Source of the DNA: the human T2T-CHM13v2.0 reference genome, Homo sapiens
Direction: 5' to 3' (one strand)
DNA: 64,000 bases
Assembly (NCBI RefSeq): GCF_009914755.1
Contig: NC_060944.1
Positions 13,086 through 26,450 of this stretch are shown here, one piece after another; the stretch's first letter is position 1, and every line of letters starts with the position of its first letter. The translations under genes were made by a program, and so were the position numbers. Under the pieces are notes generated by a model that worked only from the letters and a program-made list of their open reading frames with translations, did no database searches and was not told the origin of the DNA.

Positions 13086-13627
13086 CTTGTTTCATTTCTG
13101 TATTTATTTTGAAGTATCAAGCATTCAGTAGATAGGCCTAATTTTCCAACGTTGAAACAAATTTAATTACTACCTCACTCTCACATTTTTTAATGAGTCA
13201 GTTGAAGAAAGACTCGCTAGAGTTTGCAAAGAAAATTTAAAACATTGTTTGTGTTTGGATCTTCTTAGCTGTATGATCCGGAATTTACTCAATACTGTAG
13301 GGCATACAAGCAAAAAATAGGAATAAATTGGATGATGAGGATCATGATGATGAGGATGATATAGACCAGTGTGAATATGTTGTATTTTTCAAAGCCATTG
13401 CATTGCACATAAAATACTTAACCCTTTGTTTCTGAATATGTCCTAGATTTTATTTTCATAATACATTATTACATTGGAAAAATGTATAAAAGACGAACAG
13501 AAAGTGAATCTCTTCCACACAATTTTAATCTACAAAGAAAACCACTGCTAACAATTTGGTATATGGAACCTTCCAGATTATTTCCTAAGCATTTACAAAT
13601 GTGTGTATGTGTGTGGGTACCTGTGCA

Positions 13628-13718
13628 TTTTTTTCTTTTTAGGAGACAGGGTCTTGATCTGTCACCCAGGTTGGACTGCAGGGGTATGATCAGAGCTCAC
13701 AACCTTGAACTCCTAAGT
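13628..13718 (-). mobile_element. AluJ-like fragment
   Basis: GAGACAGGGTCTTGATCTGTCACCCAGGTTGGACTGCAG. Confidence 0.8.
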
Positions 13719-14777
13719 TAGTGAGTGTTTGGTTATTTGGTTTCCAGAAATGAAATTATCCCACTGGAGCCCTACCCTACTTTTGGTTTTGTTCATCAAT
13801 TCCTCAGTATAATCTACTTTTCTGAAGGCATTAAACAATTGTAGGCAGATGAATGTTGAATGGCGGGGCCTGGTTTCGAGGATAAGGTATTAATATTTAT
13901 ATAGCTTATAAGCAAGAGATTTCACATCAAGAATTCATATTCAATTGTGCCAAGCCCGAGAAATGATTTTTGTCTTGAAACCATAGAAGAAGAAGAAGCA
14001 CACAGTTAATTCATAAGAGTGAGAGCAAACATGATTTGGGATGGATGACTGAAATGATTACCACTGGTTTAGTACAGAAAATATCCTCTCACCTATTAAG
14101 CATTTTATATTAATTAGGGAGTATGCTGGAGATTAAAACTGGAAAATGTCATAGTGTAACTGCCATATGACCTCACACCTGGTTTTCAGAATAACGACGG
14201 AAAGTGTTGAAAACCACAGGATATCTATGAATCACCTACAGAAATGCGGGAAAGCTATTTTGTAAGATAAAGTTTGAACATAGTCAACAACATCTGGGGG
14301 TTACAGTCTCTAAAATTATGTCTTTTCTGTGTTCTGGAAGTTCCTGCCCTCAGGTCAATTTTGTAGGTCCCAAGGGCAACCTGAACCAAGTGTCAGTACT
14401 CCCCTTTCATATAACAAAGTGGGTTCAGGTTTCCTGCTTTCAGAGGTCAAACCTCCCACATCATAAGGTTAGTATGTTAACCTACTCAACATTTGCTTAC
14501 AAGATGAGCTAAGGCGCATCGATGTAATCGCAGGAGGCATTCTCAAAGGAGGAAAGAACAAGAAAGCCCACTTAATTCCACATAAGTTCTCAAGGATTTC
14601 TTAATCCTATGAAGCCCATGTTTCTGGGAATCCAGGATCTGAGGTGGTAGGAAATAGGATCTGCATGAAAAGGGAAGAAAAAAAGAAAGACTTTGGTCTT
14701 AAATGTTTAGCTTGAGAAAAGACATGTTTGTAACAAATAAACCATGATAGAAATAAGTGGGTTAAGAGAAGAGGAGC

Positions 14778-15077
14778 AGCTGGGCCTGGTGGCTCATGCC
14801 TGTAATCCCAACACTTTGGGAGGCTGAGGCTGGAGGATCACGAGGTTAGGAGATCGAGACCATCCTGGCTAACACGGTGAAACCCTGTCTCTACTAAAAA
14901 TACAAAAAATTAGCCGAGCATGGTGGCATGTGCCTGTAGTATCAGCTACTCAGGAGGTGGAGGCAGGGGAATTGCTTGAACCCCTGGAGGCGGAGGTTGC
15001 AGTCAGCTGAGATCGTGCCACCGCGCTCCAGCCTGGGCGATAGAGCGAGACTCCATCTTAAAAAAAAGAAAAAAAAA
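14778..15077 (+). mobile_element. full-length Alu (AluSc8-like)
   Basis: left arm GAGATCGAGACCATCCTGGCTAACACGGTG with S-type right arm (TTGCTTGAACCC, GAGGTTGCAG); flanking AGGAGCA repeat. Confidence 0.95.
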
Positions 15078-15149
15078 GGAGCAATTTTTATTTCCTGAAT
15101 TCGATAAATGACAATGAAAAGTGGCGGGGACTTCTTAACAGGGCAGCTG

Positions 15150-15405
15150 GTGAAGATGACTCACATTAAGAAGCGCTTACTCTGCACGAGGGGTTTCCCT
15201 AGGAACTTGAAAAGCATCATCTCATTTAGTCTTCACAACAAACTTATGAAAAGCGTGCTACATTGTGCTAATTTTAGAGCCAGGAGACAGGATCAAAGTC
15301 CTTGAGCAACTTCTTGAGGTTGTACCGCTACCCAGGGGCAACCTTATCAATATCACATCCATCTGGCTCTGGGGAACTGCACCCTTATCCTCAAAGTCAT
15401 AGTGC
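15150..15405 (-). mobile_element. MIR SINE
   Basis: ATCTCATTTAGTCTTCACAACAAACTTATGA antisense core. Confidence 0.65.
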
Positions 15406-16049
15406 TTACCTTACATTGTATTAACACATTATCTGGTATGGAAGTAATTATTTAGTCAATGATGTAACCATTTAATGACGGAAAGAACCACCTTTGGCTC
15501 CTAACACAAGTTTACATTTATAGGGGGACCACATGTCCCTCACCCCGGAGGTGTCCTTTGGTAACCTGTGCATAACATTTTCTAAACCAGATACATATAG
15601 GGTTTTTTTCATAGGGCTTTGGATCATAGGATTCTTGTGATTAACTTGGATCCCTGATTTCAGATTTCTGGCTTACTAGATGTTGATGCTCTGAATTTTA
15701 TGACTTTAACATGGTCTACTAGATTTTCTATCATTTCTTAGCCCTAATTTATGATGCTGAAGCCAATCCTAGAGACTTCTGCCCCAGCAGACCAGTGCAA
15801 GCAAAAGATGGGCATGTATCTATTTTATGAAATAAGGGTCAGTGGGATATTTGGCAAACACATTAAATTACTGGGTGTTTGAGTTTTTTAATGTATCATC
15901 TTTGTTGTGATGGCTGGACTCCACAAAGAATTGGCTTCACTGCTATTTATGCTATGACAACTTTCATTCTTGTTTTTGGTAATTTTTGGTTCCAAGTAAC
16001 AGAGACTTAGTGAAATTTGATTATGTTTTAGAAAAAAAGTATGTGTGTT

Positions 16050-16050
<1 letters not shown>

Positions 16051-16102
<52 letters not shown>
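16051..16102. repeat. compound microsatellite (CT)12(GT)14
   Basis: read directly from sequence. Confidence 0.97.
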
Positions 16103-16104
<2 letters not shown>

Positions 16105-16337
16105 CTATTTGAGAGGATTGGGATGTCTTAAGAATTTAGGAGCCACAAATACACACAGGTTCAAGGGACTGGAACTGGAAATTATGAATTTAAAAACTAA
16201 AACTATGCTTTTCATTTCTCAAGAGTCAAGTGCGATCTCATTTCTATTCATCTCTGTTGATGTAATTTATTCTTCCTTGTCTCTGTAGTTAGGCCTTTTC
16301 TGTTTCTTCATGCACTTGGAAGATAATGGCCACCCTG

Positions 16338-18330
16338 AATATAAATTAGTACAGACATTATGAAAAACAGTGTGAAAATTTCTCAAAAGTTATAAATAGA
16401 ACTACTGTATGATCCAGCAGTCCTATTCTTGGGTGTATTGAAAGGAATAAATTGGTAGGTGAAGAGATACCTGCACTCCTGTGTTTATTGCAGCACTATT
16501 CACAACAGCCAAGTTGTAGAATCATCCTAAGTGTCCATCAACAGATGAATGGATAAAGAAAATGTGGTACATTTACATAATGGAATATTATTTAGCCTTA
16601 AAAAAGAAAGAAATCCTGTCATTTTCGACAACATTGATACTGGAGGTCTTTATGTTAAGTGAAATAAGCCAGGGGCAAAGACAAACACTGCATGATCTCA
16701 CTTTTTAAAAATTTATTATTTTTTTAATTTTACTTTAAATTCTAGGATAGATGTCCAGAATGAGGAGGTTTGTTACATAGGTATACATGTGCCATGGTGG
16801 TTTGCTGCACCTATCAACCTGTCATCTAGGTTTTAAGGCCCACATGGATCAGGTATTTGTCCTAATGCTCTCCCTCCACTTGTCCCTCCCCACTGCCCCC
16901 CGACAAACCCCAGCGTGTGATGTTCCCCTCCCCATGTCCATGTGTTCTCATTGTTCAACTCCCACTTATGAGTGAGAACATGTAGTATTTGGTTTTGTGT
17001 TCCTGTGTTAGTTTACTGAGAATGGTGGCTTCCAGCTTCATCCATTTCCATGCAAAGGACATGATCTCATTCTTTTTTATGGCTGCATAGTATTTCATGG
17101 TGTATATGTGCCACATTTTCTTTATCCATTCTATCATTGATGGGCACTTGGGCTGGTTCCAAGTGTTTGCTATTGTAAATAATACTGCAATAAACATACA
17201 TGTGCATGTGTCTTTATAGTAGAATGATTTATAATCTTTTGGGTATATCCAGTAATGGGATTGCTGGGTCAAATGGTATTTCTGGTTCTAAATCCTTGAG
17301 GAATCACCACACTGTCTTCCACAATGGTTGAACTAATTTACACTCCCACCAACAGTGTAAAAGCATTCCTTTTTCTCTACATCCTTGCCAGCATCTGTTG
17401 TTTCCTGACTTTTTAATAATTGTCATTCAAACTAGTGTGAGATGATACCTCATTGTGGTTTTGATTTGCATTTCCCTAATGACCAGTGATGATGAGCTTT
17501 TCTTTTCAAATGTTTGTTGGCCGCATGTCTTCTTTTGAGAAGTGTCTGTTCATATCATTTGCCTACTTTTTGATGGGGTTGGTTGTTTTTTTTTTCTTGT
17601 AAATTTGTTTAAGTTCCTTGTAGATTCTGGATATTAGACCTTTGTCAGCTGGGTAGATTGCAAACATTTTCTGTCATTCTGTAGGTTGCCTGTTCATATT
17701 GATGATAGTTTCTATTGGTATGCAGAAGCTCTTTAGTTTAATTCGATCTCATTTGTCAATTTTGGCTTTTGTTGCAATTGCTTTTGGTGTTTTAGTCATG
17801 AAGTCTTTGCCCATGCCTATGTCCTGAATGGTATGAAACTGGAATCCTTCCTTACACCTTATACAAAAATTAACTCAAGATGGATTAAAGATTTAAATGT
17901 AAAACCCAAAAGCATAAAAACCCTAGAAGAAAACCTAGGCAGTACCATTCAGGATCTCACTTACAAAAGGAATCTACAGAAGTTGAACTCACAGAAGCAA
18001 AGAGTAGAATGTGGGTACCAGAGGCTGGACAGGAAGGAGAGTTAGGAAGATGTTGGTCAATGGATACAAAATTTCAGTTCGACAAGAGGAATAAGTTCAA
18101 GGATCTATTGTACACCATGGTGACTATACTTAATAACCATATATTGTATACTTGAAAATTGCTAAGAGAGTGGATTTTAAGTGTTCTTCCACAAAAATGA
18201 TAAGTTCTCACCACAAAATGAGGCAATACATATGTTAATCATTTAATTTAGCTATTCCACAGTGATTCATATACCAAAACATCATGTTGTACATATACAT
18301 AATTTTTATTTGTCAATTAAAAAAATAAAT
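16338..18330 (+). mobile_element. L1MA 3' end (16338-16703 and 17953-18330) split by a younger L1
   Basis: ORF2 end/3'UTR is continuous across the TSD GATCTCACTT; GGATCTATTGTACACCATGGTGACTATA. Confidence 0.88.
16704..17952 (-). mobile_element. L1PA8-like truncated L1 with 5' inversion
   Basis: 10-bp TSD GATCTCACTT (16694-16703, 17953-17962); minus strand to 17833 (ORF 16955-17272 is the ORF2 C-terminus), plus strand 17834-17954. Confidence 0.93.
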
Positions 18331-18827
18331 TCTAAAAGAGTTAAACAGGTTAAAAAAAAAGCTATCCTAACCGTCTCATAAATCCCCTTTCAATCTCAGA
18401 GCCCACGTGAGTCTCTTAAACCCACTTCCACGATCTCTGTGGTAGAGAAATTGGTGGACCTAACTTGGATCCTTGATGATCTTATGTGAGTGAGGTCCAA
18501 TCCACTGCCACTCACTCTTCAGGGGTTGTTGGAAACGAGCTTTTCAGAAGATGATCTGGGAAGGTTCTGCTTGTAGAGTAAGGGGGTGAGGAGGAAAGAG
18601 GCAATGATTGGTGCAGGAGACGGTGGCCACCCCTAGTTTACCTGCCTAGACATGACCTTGTACACATTTGATTTTAAACTATCTAAATGTACTGCCAGAG
18701 CTTACCTCCGCAAGATTCCCAGGTATCCTATGGGGTGATGAATAATGCTGTTTAGAATTTTATTTTTGTATTAGAGTGAAGGGATTTAATATATGTAATG
18801 TAAATATTGTAATTAAGTGGATTTTGC

Positions 18828-19030
18828 ATTTAGAATGCTTGGATTTGCATCCCAATGCCAACTCTTACTGAGAGTTACTTAACCTCTTTACCCCTCTGTA
18901 TACTATTCAATAAAACAAGAATAATATTAGTGACTGCCCTACGGGACTTTTCTGAGAAGTAATTATTTGAACACATGGATGTTCTTTGAACAGTTCCCAT
19001 CATGTGGGGTTCTCAATAGAGTTGTTGTTT
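18828..19030 (+). mobile_element. MIR SINE
   Basis: GGATTTGCATCCC...AGTTACTTAACCTCT...TCTCAATA. Confidence 0.6.
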
Positions 19031-19295
19031 GGTAAGAGATTTAGTAAATTATGAGATTTTATAATTATGAGATTAAATATGCTTAGGGATTTTTACATGT
19101 TAATTAATTGAACTAAAAATCAGGGAGTTAAAGAGAATATTTGTGACTTAGACACTGAGAGAAAAACAAGCAAGACGAAAAAGAGGAGACTGTGGAGTAA
19201 TTATAGTCTCATTGCGGTAAGAGAGTGGCTTAACCAAATGGAAAAAGCGACGAATTAAGCTTAGACTGTGCAGCCCACTCTCCATTGGCCTGTCA

Positions 19296-19315
19296 TGGCG
19301 TGCCCCCTGCTGTCC
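19296..19315 (-). promoter_or_regulatory. candidate CTCF binding site flanked by CCAAT boxes
   Basis: minus strand GGACAGCAGGGGGCACGCCA vs core CCAGCAGGGGGCGC (12/14); ATTGG 19284-19288 and CCAAT 19321-19325; no recognisable repeat. Confidence 0.6.
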
Positions 19316-20689
19316 CTTTACCAATATGATCATGAGAAAAGCCAAATGCAAAGTCAGTCGACTGTAATTCCACAGAGCCATGGATTTCTAGCCAACACTG
19401 CCTCAGAAGAAGGTTGAAAAAAGTTGAGAAGAAATCTGGGTGGAGGGCACAGTATGGTTCGAAGAAAGGATGGAGTGAGTAGTAAATATAAGGATTTGTT
19501 CAGACATGTGGCTTCATCTGTTGCAGCTGACGACTACCATTTGGAGGAAATCTTGTATGAAAGATGATGAAACTCTTGTCTCTTTGTGGCTTTTAAAATT
19601 GGCCTGAGTCCCTTGCAGCGTGGCCATTTCTGCATTAATTTATTCGACTTCCTGCTCCTGGTTGCTCAAGCCTTGCTAAGGAGTAGAGAAAATGCAACTT
19701 TGGTTACTGTAAAAACAGTGGATCATTTTCTTTAAAATTCAAGGCCAAACATGTTGAGCATTTTATATACAAAGAGGTGGCCAAAAGTTTTGATCTCTCA
19801 AACGGTTTTGTGGGTAAAATGAAATAATATCTATTGAATCTATTTCTAAAGTGTTAGCTCTTCCATCTTCCCTCTCCAGAGCACTCAGCCAAGTTACAGC
19901 TCATATAATCTTGATACAAGAGCGAGTGAAGTGTTTGAAATATGAACATTTCTGATCTGAATCTGAACAGATCATAATATGTTTCTCCCTGTTTTGAGTT
20001 CTCCAATTTCTTAAGAAAATTATTGAGGAAAGCGGTTTTGATTTCTGATCCTTACCAGAAGCAAGTGACACATTTAACCATATGCTTTTTACCATCCTCA
20101 TTGTTTTTCTCCTTTGAACATTGGGGTGTTTGCCCTCATGATATTGAAACCCTCAGTCAGCTCAAATGACGCACTGAAAAAACTTTTGTAGGTTTCATTT
20201 TCAAATAAACATTTTAGAATTATTTGACTAGTAACAGGAATAAGCTGAATTTCTGAGAAATAAAAAAATAAACAACATCACCTGCAGAGACGTCTACTTT
20301 CTTAACAATTGAATTCAAATATCAGGTTTTATTGTTATTAACTTTTAACCTAACAAAATCCCACAAGCACCTTAAATAGTGTTTTTGCTTATTTGGTTTT
20401 AATGATGTTGAGAAGGTAAGCTTTGATAACAGAATAGGTTTAATTTTGTGCTTGGTAAAGTTTTGCTTAAAATGCATCTAAGCAATTGTTTGGCTCCTTG
20501 AATCATTTAATATTAATAAAATGTTTTGTAGCTAAACTATTCTTGTGGTATTTACTAAAAGTCAGTTTTTCTGAAAGAGAAGAAACTAATGGAGATAGCA
20601 TATATCAATCATCACCCATCATACTGAAAGTTTTTAAGAAAATATATCATTAGGGATAACTCTTTAAGAACATACGCATTTTGTCTTCT

Positions 20690-21144
<455 letters not shown>

Positions 21145-21224
21145 CTAAAACATTAAATTTAGACATACATGTATAATGAAACGTTAAAGGAGATATGTTT
21201 TAGCTAAGAAAGGTGTGTGCTATT

Positions 21225-21399
21225 TATTTATTTATTTATTTAATGTTTTTAGAAATGAGGTCTCTCTCTCTATTGCTTCCCTGTCACCCAGGCTGGAGTG
21301 CAGTGGTGCAACTGTAGCTCACTGCAGCCTCAACAAGTGATCCTCCTGTCTCCGCGTCCTGAATAGCTGGGACTAAAGGTGTAAGCCACTGCACCCAGC
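21225..21399 (-). mobile_element. FRAM-like Alu monomer
   Basis: single arm with (TTTA)n tail; 14-bp TSD AGGTGTGT(G/T)CTATT (21211-21224, 21400-21413). Confidence 0.88.
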
Positions 21400-21549
21400 A
21401 GGTGTGTTCTATTAAAAATATTGGTTTTGTAGGTTTCACAAGAGAATGATTTTACACTGGACACACAGAAAATAAATTACGTTGGCCTACGTTAAAAGGG
21501 GTCCAAAACCTAGATCAACATTTCCTTCTTTTGCCACATTCATGAAGCT

Positions 21550-22242
21550 AATATTCTTTAAATGCTTACTATGTGCTAGGCACTTTACTAATTACAATGC
21601 TAAATGCTTTTTATGCAACATCTCACTTGTTCCTCCCTAAAGCCTCGTTAGGTTGTTCCCTTTTACCGCACACATTCTCAGTTCCATGCCTGTATCTCTT
21701 GGATCTTTTGGCATATTCTAGCCTTCTCTGTGTGTGAGAGTTCTTCACCCATCCCTAACCTTCACAACCAACTACAGGAAGCCTTGCTGCCCACACGAGT
21801 GTTCAGCCAGCCAGATGTGGCTTGGATTTAATAGCCCTGGATAGCAGCCCTCACCCATTGACTTTCATGAGTTACAAATTTCCTGAGAATAGGGTGATTC
21901 TCATGCTTGAGTTTTGCAGTAGCACCATTTCTCCTTTAAGGGATTAAGCTTCCGTTGCCCATTGTGGTAGCAGAGTTAACATCACACTGTCTGCTGGCCG
22001 CCTTTCCTTCCCTCTACCACCTTTCCACTTCCTCCTGGTGCTCTCAACTCTTTCCATATAACCTGCACTCAAAGCTGTAGCTCAGGGTCTGCTTCTTGGA
22101 GCACATGAAGAAAAACATTACTATTATCCCATTTTTGCTGTTGAGGGCCTTCAAGCTCAGAGAAGTCAATGAAGTTGCACATAGTAACATGGCTAGAGAG
22201 TGGTGAAATCAGGAATCAATCTAAATTTGTCTGACTCCAAAG
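21550..22242 (-). mobile_element. MIR interrupted by an LTR16-like element
   Basis: TGCTTACTATGTGCTAGGCACT before the LTR; ATTATCCCATTTT...TCTGACTCCAAAG after it. Confidence 0.7.
21660..22117 (+). mobile_element. LTR16-like (ERVL) solo LTR
   Basis: GGGATTAAGCTTCCGTTGCCCATTGTGGTAG and CTGCACTCAAA...CTCAGGGTCTGCTTCT 3' motifs. Confidence 0.65.
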
Positions 22243-22544
22243 GCAAAATTAAGAATGAATGGGAAGTTAGTGGGAATTCTCTAGTGTCCACATAATTTAG
22301 ATATGTTATATGTGGAGAAAGAGAGCTGATCTCTTGAATGAGTCTCATTTGTTTGCTACTTTAAATGAATTCTCCAGATACTTTTAAAATTTTTTTTTTT
22401 GGTTACCTGAGGAGACATAGTCTAAATTACAAGAGGCTTAATTTTTTTTTATCATTACTCATTAGAAAACACTAAATTAATACTGTAAGACTTCAGATTC
22501 ATCAGATTAGAAGAAAGGGGTTCATAATGATAATCATAATTATA

Positions 22545-22770
22545 ACAGTAATAACACTAGCAAATATGTGTTGAGTCTTCCTTCATGCCAACTCCTAAGC
22601 TTACGGCTTTACCTGGATTCTCTCATTTTATCCTTCTTGCAAGCCATTGGTAGTAACCCATTTAGAGATGAGATATCTGAGACCAGGCTAGGATAAGTGC
22701 TTTGCCTACGGTCTCACTTATTATAAGTGTCAGAACTGAAATTTAAATCCAGATGGTTTGGTTTTAGAAA
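22545..22770 (-). mobile_element. MIR SINE
   Basis: CCCATTTAGAGATGAGATATCTGAG...CAGAACTGAAATTTAAATCCAG. Confidence 0.65.
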
Positions 22771-23604
22771 ATACCTTCTGTGAAGGTAATTTTCTTTCTG
22801 CTAATTTTCTTTCATTTTCATTGAATATTGGCCTCTACTAAGAGTCCAGTTAATTTATTAATTAAAACCTGACAGATTCTGAAATAGTGACTTTTGAAAA
22901 CCATAGCAACATAAGACTATTTGGAAATAGAAGTCAAGTTCCTAAAGGATTTTTAAGTGCAAGCTTTTATTCTCCTTTCGTTTATAATTCTTTTTTAGTC
23001 TTCCCAAACCTCACCCAAGAAGTACTTGTTCCCTGGACCTACATGTCCACACTTTTTTTTTCTCCTAAGCTATGAACTAGTTTCTCTGTGGGCAGTCTTT
23101 CTCTGAGGGCCTGAAAGAAGTAAATTTTTAGTGTGTGTTTGTTGTATGTGTGTGTATACACAAGAAAGAGGAGATATACACATGTATGTGTGTGTATATA
23201 TATATCATTTGTATATAAACAAATTTTATGTGTGTATATAATTTCTTGGAGAAAATGGAAAATTTAGAACTTTTAAGCCTTTGGATAGATTTGATAACTT
23301 GGGCTTTGTATTACGGTTCTTGCTATTTGTGATATCTATTTAAACAATGTCCGTATATAGAGAGAGTTCAAGTATTGGTTTTGGTATTCTCTGTTTATTC
23401 CTAGAATCTGTATACCTTCCATTATTAAATTTTGCATAGAATGTAAGCAGTGCTTCTCTTTCGGATAAATATTCCCATTTTTCATGTCCATTATTTGACT
23501 TAAAGTAACACCCTTGCTATTAATGTTTAGGAATAATTCTTCATATTTTAATTAAGTATTGTATATCAGACACTGTGCTTGATTATACATGTATTATAGT
23601 TATA

Positions 23605-23720
23605 CCAACCAGTATTTATTGAGTGCTTGTTTTGTGTCAGGCATTGCTTTAGGTGTTGAAAATACAGAGGTGTATAAAACAGGGATGGTCTTTATCCTCG
23701 GAGAGCTTACTATTTTATTT
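23605..23720 (-). mobile_element. L2 3' end
   Basis: TATTTATTGAGTGCTTGTTTTGTGTCAGGCATTG. Confidence 0.7.
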
Positions 23721-23842
23721 AGCTTTCCACAATCTTTTAAAGTTTCTAAGATGATTCTCATTTGGTAAATTGAGAAACTGAAGATCAAAGGGGTTTAATT
23801 ATTTTTTTAAATTTCTAAAACTGGCAAAATGGAGGAACCGGG

Positions 23843-23844
<2 letters not shown>

Positions 23845-23877
<33 letters not shown>

Positions 23878-24164
23878 AGATGGAGTCTTGCGTCTTGCTC
23901 TGTTGCCCAGGATGGAGTGCAGTGGCACAATCTCAGCTCACTGCAACCTCCGCCTCCTGGGTTCAAGCAATTCTCTGCCTCAGCCTCCCAAGTAGCTGGA
24001 ATTACAGGCACCCTCCACCACACCTGGCTAATTTTTTAATTTTTAGTAGGGATGGGGTTTCACCATCTTGGCCAGAGTGGTCTTGAACACCTGACCTCAT
24101 GCCTCCCACCTGCCTCAGCCTCCCAAAGTGCTGGGATTACAGGTGTGAGCAACCGTGCCCAGCC
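23845..24164 (-). mobile_element. full-length AluS (Sx-like)
   Basis: dimer with long polyT; TSD AGGAACCGGGTCTT (23833-23846) / AGGAACTAGGTCTT (24166-24179); private GTCTTGC duplication. Confidence 0.95.
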
Positions 24165-24259
24165 AAGGAACTAGGTCTTGAATCCAAATTTAGTTGGCTG
24201 TAAATTCCAAATTAATTCTACCATCTTGGGTAACAAATTGATGCAAAATAAAAGATAGG

Positions 24260-24561
<302 letters not shown>

Positions 24562-25055
24562 GTTACTGAACAATGACATTTTTAAATGCATTGGTGGACT
24601 AGAGGAAAAAAAAGATACTAAGAAACAATTAGAAGCTAATGAGGCCCCATCTTTGAAAGATAAACATGGTGTAGTATTTTCCCAGCATTTTGATTACAAT
24701 TCATGACAAGAAATATATTTTACATTGCCACTCACTATACCTATACATGAATATTTAGATGGGCATGTATGTATGTATATATGTATATATAAATACACAT
24801 ATGTATGTACATGCCTATATAAAACACTAGTACACAAAATAACATATAGTTTACACAGTTCTGATACTTTCAGTTGTTTTATTTTGTATTTCATTTCACA
24901 GTATGATGTGTTACAATGTGCAGTTGAACATTAACATAATCAGCAGAAAATTGAAAATAAATTATAGTTATATACAAATAATTATGATTCATACGTATAT
25001 ACACCCATATTTCACTAGTTATAAACACATGTTAAAGAGATATTAAAATACTATG

Positions 25056-25421
25056 TTTTGTGGAGTCAATGTTTCTGTGCTCCCAGAATTCATATGTTAA
25101 ACCTCATCCCCAAAGTGATGATATTTGGAGATGGGGACTTTGGGAAGTGATTAAGTCATGCAGGTAAAACCCTTGTGAATGGGATTAGTGTCCTAAAAAA
25201 AAGAAACCCTAGAGCTTCCTCAGCTCTTCCACCCATAAGGACTCAGGGAGAAAACAGCCATCTGTGAACCAAGAAATGACCCCTCACCAGACACTGAACC
25301 TGCCCATGCCTTGATTTCCGACTTTGCAGTATTCAAAACTGTGAGAAATAAGTTTCTGTTGTTTATAAGCTACTTTATAAATGTTATATGGTATTTTATT
25401 ATAGAAAATCAAACTAAGACA
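25056..25421 (+). mobile_element. MLT1A/MLT1A0 MaLR solo LTR
   Basis: 5-bp TSD CTATG (25051-25055, 25422-25426); CCCTCACCAGACACTGAA; ends AACTAAGACA. Confidence 0.92.
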
Positions 25422-25489
25422 CTATGGGTCAAAATATGGAAACATCAACAAATTTTTAGCTCTAAGGGCAAGATACTTAGATATTCTCA

Positions 25490-26110
25490 GTTATTTGATA
25501 ATTCTTTGAACAAATTCATTGAACACATACCGTACATCAGAACTTTCAGCTTGTTATAAAACAAACACAGGCCCTGACCTCATAGCTTAAAGACTAGTGG
25601 GAAAACAAATATTTAAAGAAAATGTACATGTTAAATATATAATTAAAGATTATATAAAATGTTGGGAATGGAAATAGAGAATGTTGAATTAAAATATAAG
25701 AGGGATCTAAATTATTTTATCCATGCTAAAGAAAATTTCTAAGTAAATTGTAAGTTGAGATTCATGGGAGGAGTTGGACTTAACCAGGTGAAAAATGGCT
25801 AAAAAAAATTAAAAACGGAGAAGGCAACAGATAAAGAAGGCCTGAGGCTGGAAGGAACTTGACGTGTTAGAAAATGAGAAAAATCAGAGAATAAAACCAT
25901 CAGATAGTCTAGAGAGAGGCAGAAAATGGGTAGGCATGAGGCAGAACATGTATTGTCTAATAGATTCAGTTGAAGATATTTTACTTTATCCTAAGCATAG
26001 TGGGAAAGTGTTGGGTCTTTGTCAATAGGGATATGTAATGATTTGATTTGATTTAAAGATTTTTCTGCTGCTGCTGAAAAATAGAGTGAGAAAAAGTAGA
26101 ATGAAGGCAT
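25490..26110 (-). mobile_element. L2 fragment
   Basis: purine-rich antisense L2 motifs (GGCCCTGACCTCATAGCTTA, GGCCTGAGGCTGGAAGGAACTTG, ACTTTATCCTAAG). Confidence 0.65.
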
Positions 26111-26320
26111 TGCCAGATGGTCCCTGAGGCCACTGAGGGTCAGGGAATCTGTGCTTCTGTTACATTTATATGATCAAACATCCAAATAATTATCTCAGAC
26201 AGCTTCTTTCTTCTTTTTTGTCTTGTTGATGATTTGGTTTTCAATTGTTGGTTTGGTTGCCTAGAAAAAAGATTTATGGTCATCTTTGATGCCATCAGTA
26301 TGGCTTAATGGAATTAAGTT

Positions 26321-26450
26321 CATGGAATGAAAAATGCTGATTGGGCAAGGCTGGGCCCTATGTCTCATCCTTCTTCACCCACTCAGCTGTCAGAATTGGG
26401 TGGGATTTACCCAAACCACCTAGACTCAGAGAGGTAGAGTGGTCACTTCT
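26321..26450 (+). repeat. direct copy of 27422-27551 (130 bp, 11 mismatches, no gaps)
   Basis: manual alignment; weaker homology extends upstream (26281 vs 27398). Confidence 0.97.

Noticed and set aside
24670-24935. Possible hAT-Charlie relic around a TA-rich tract
   Set aside because: Too degraded to assign family or boundaries by eye.
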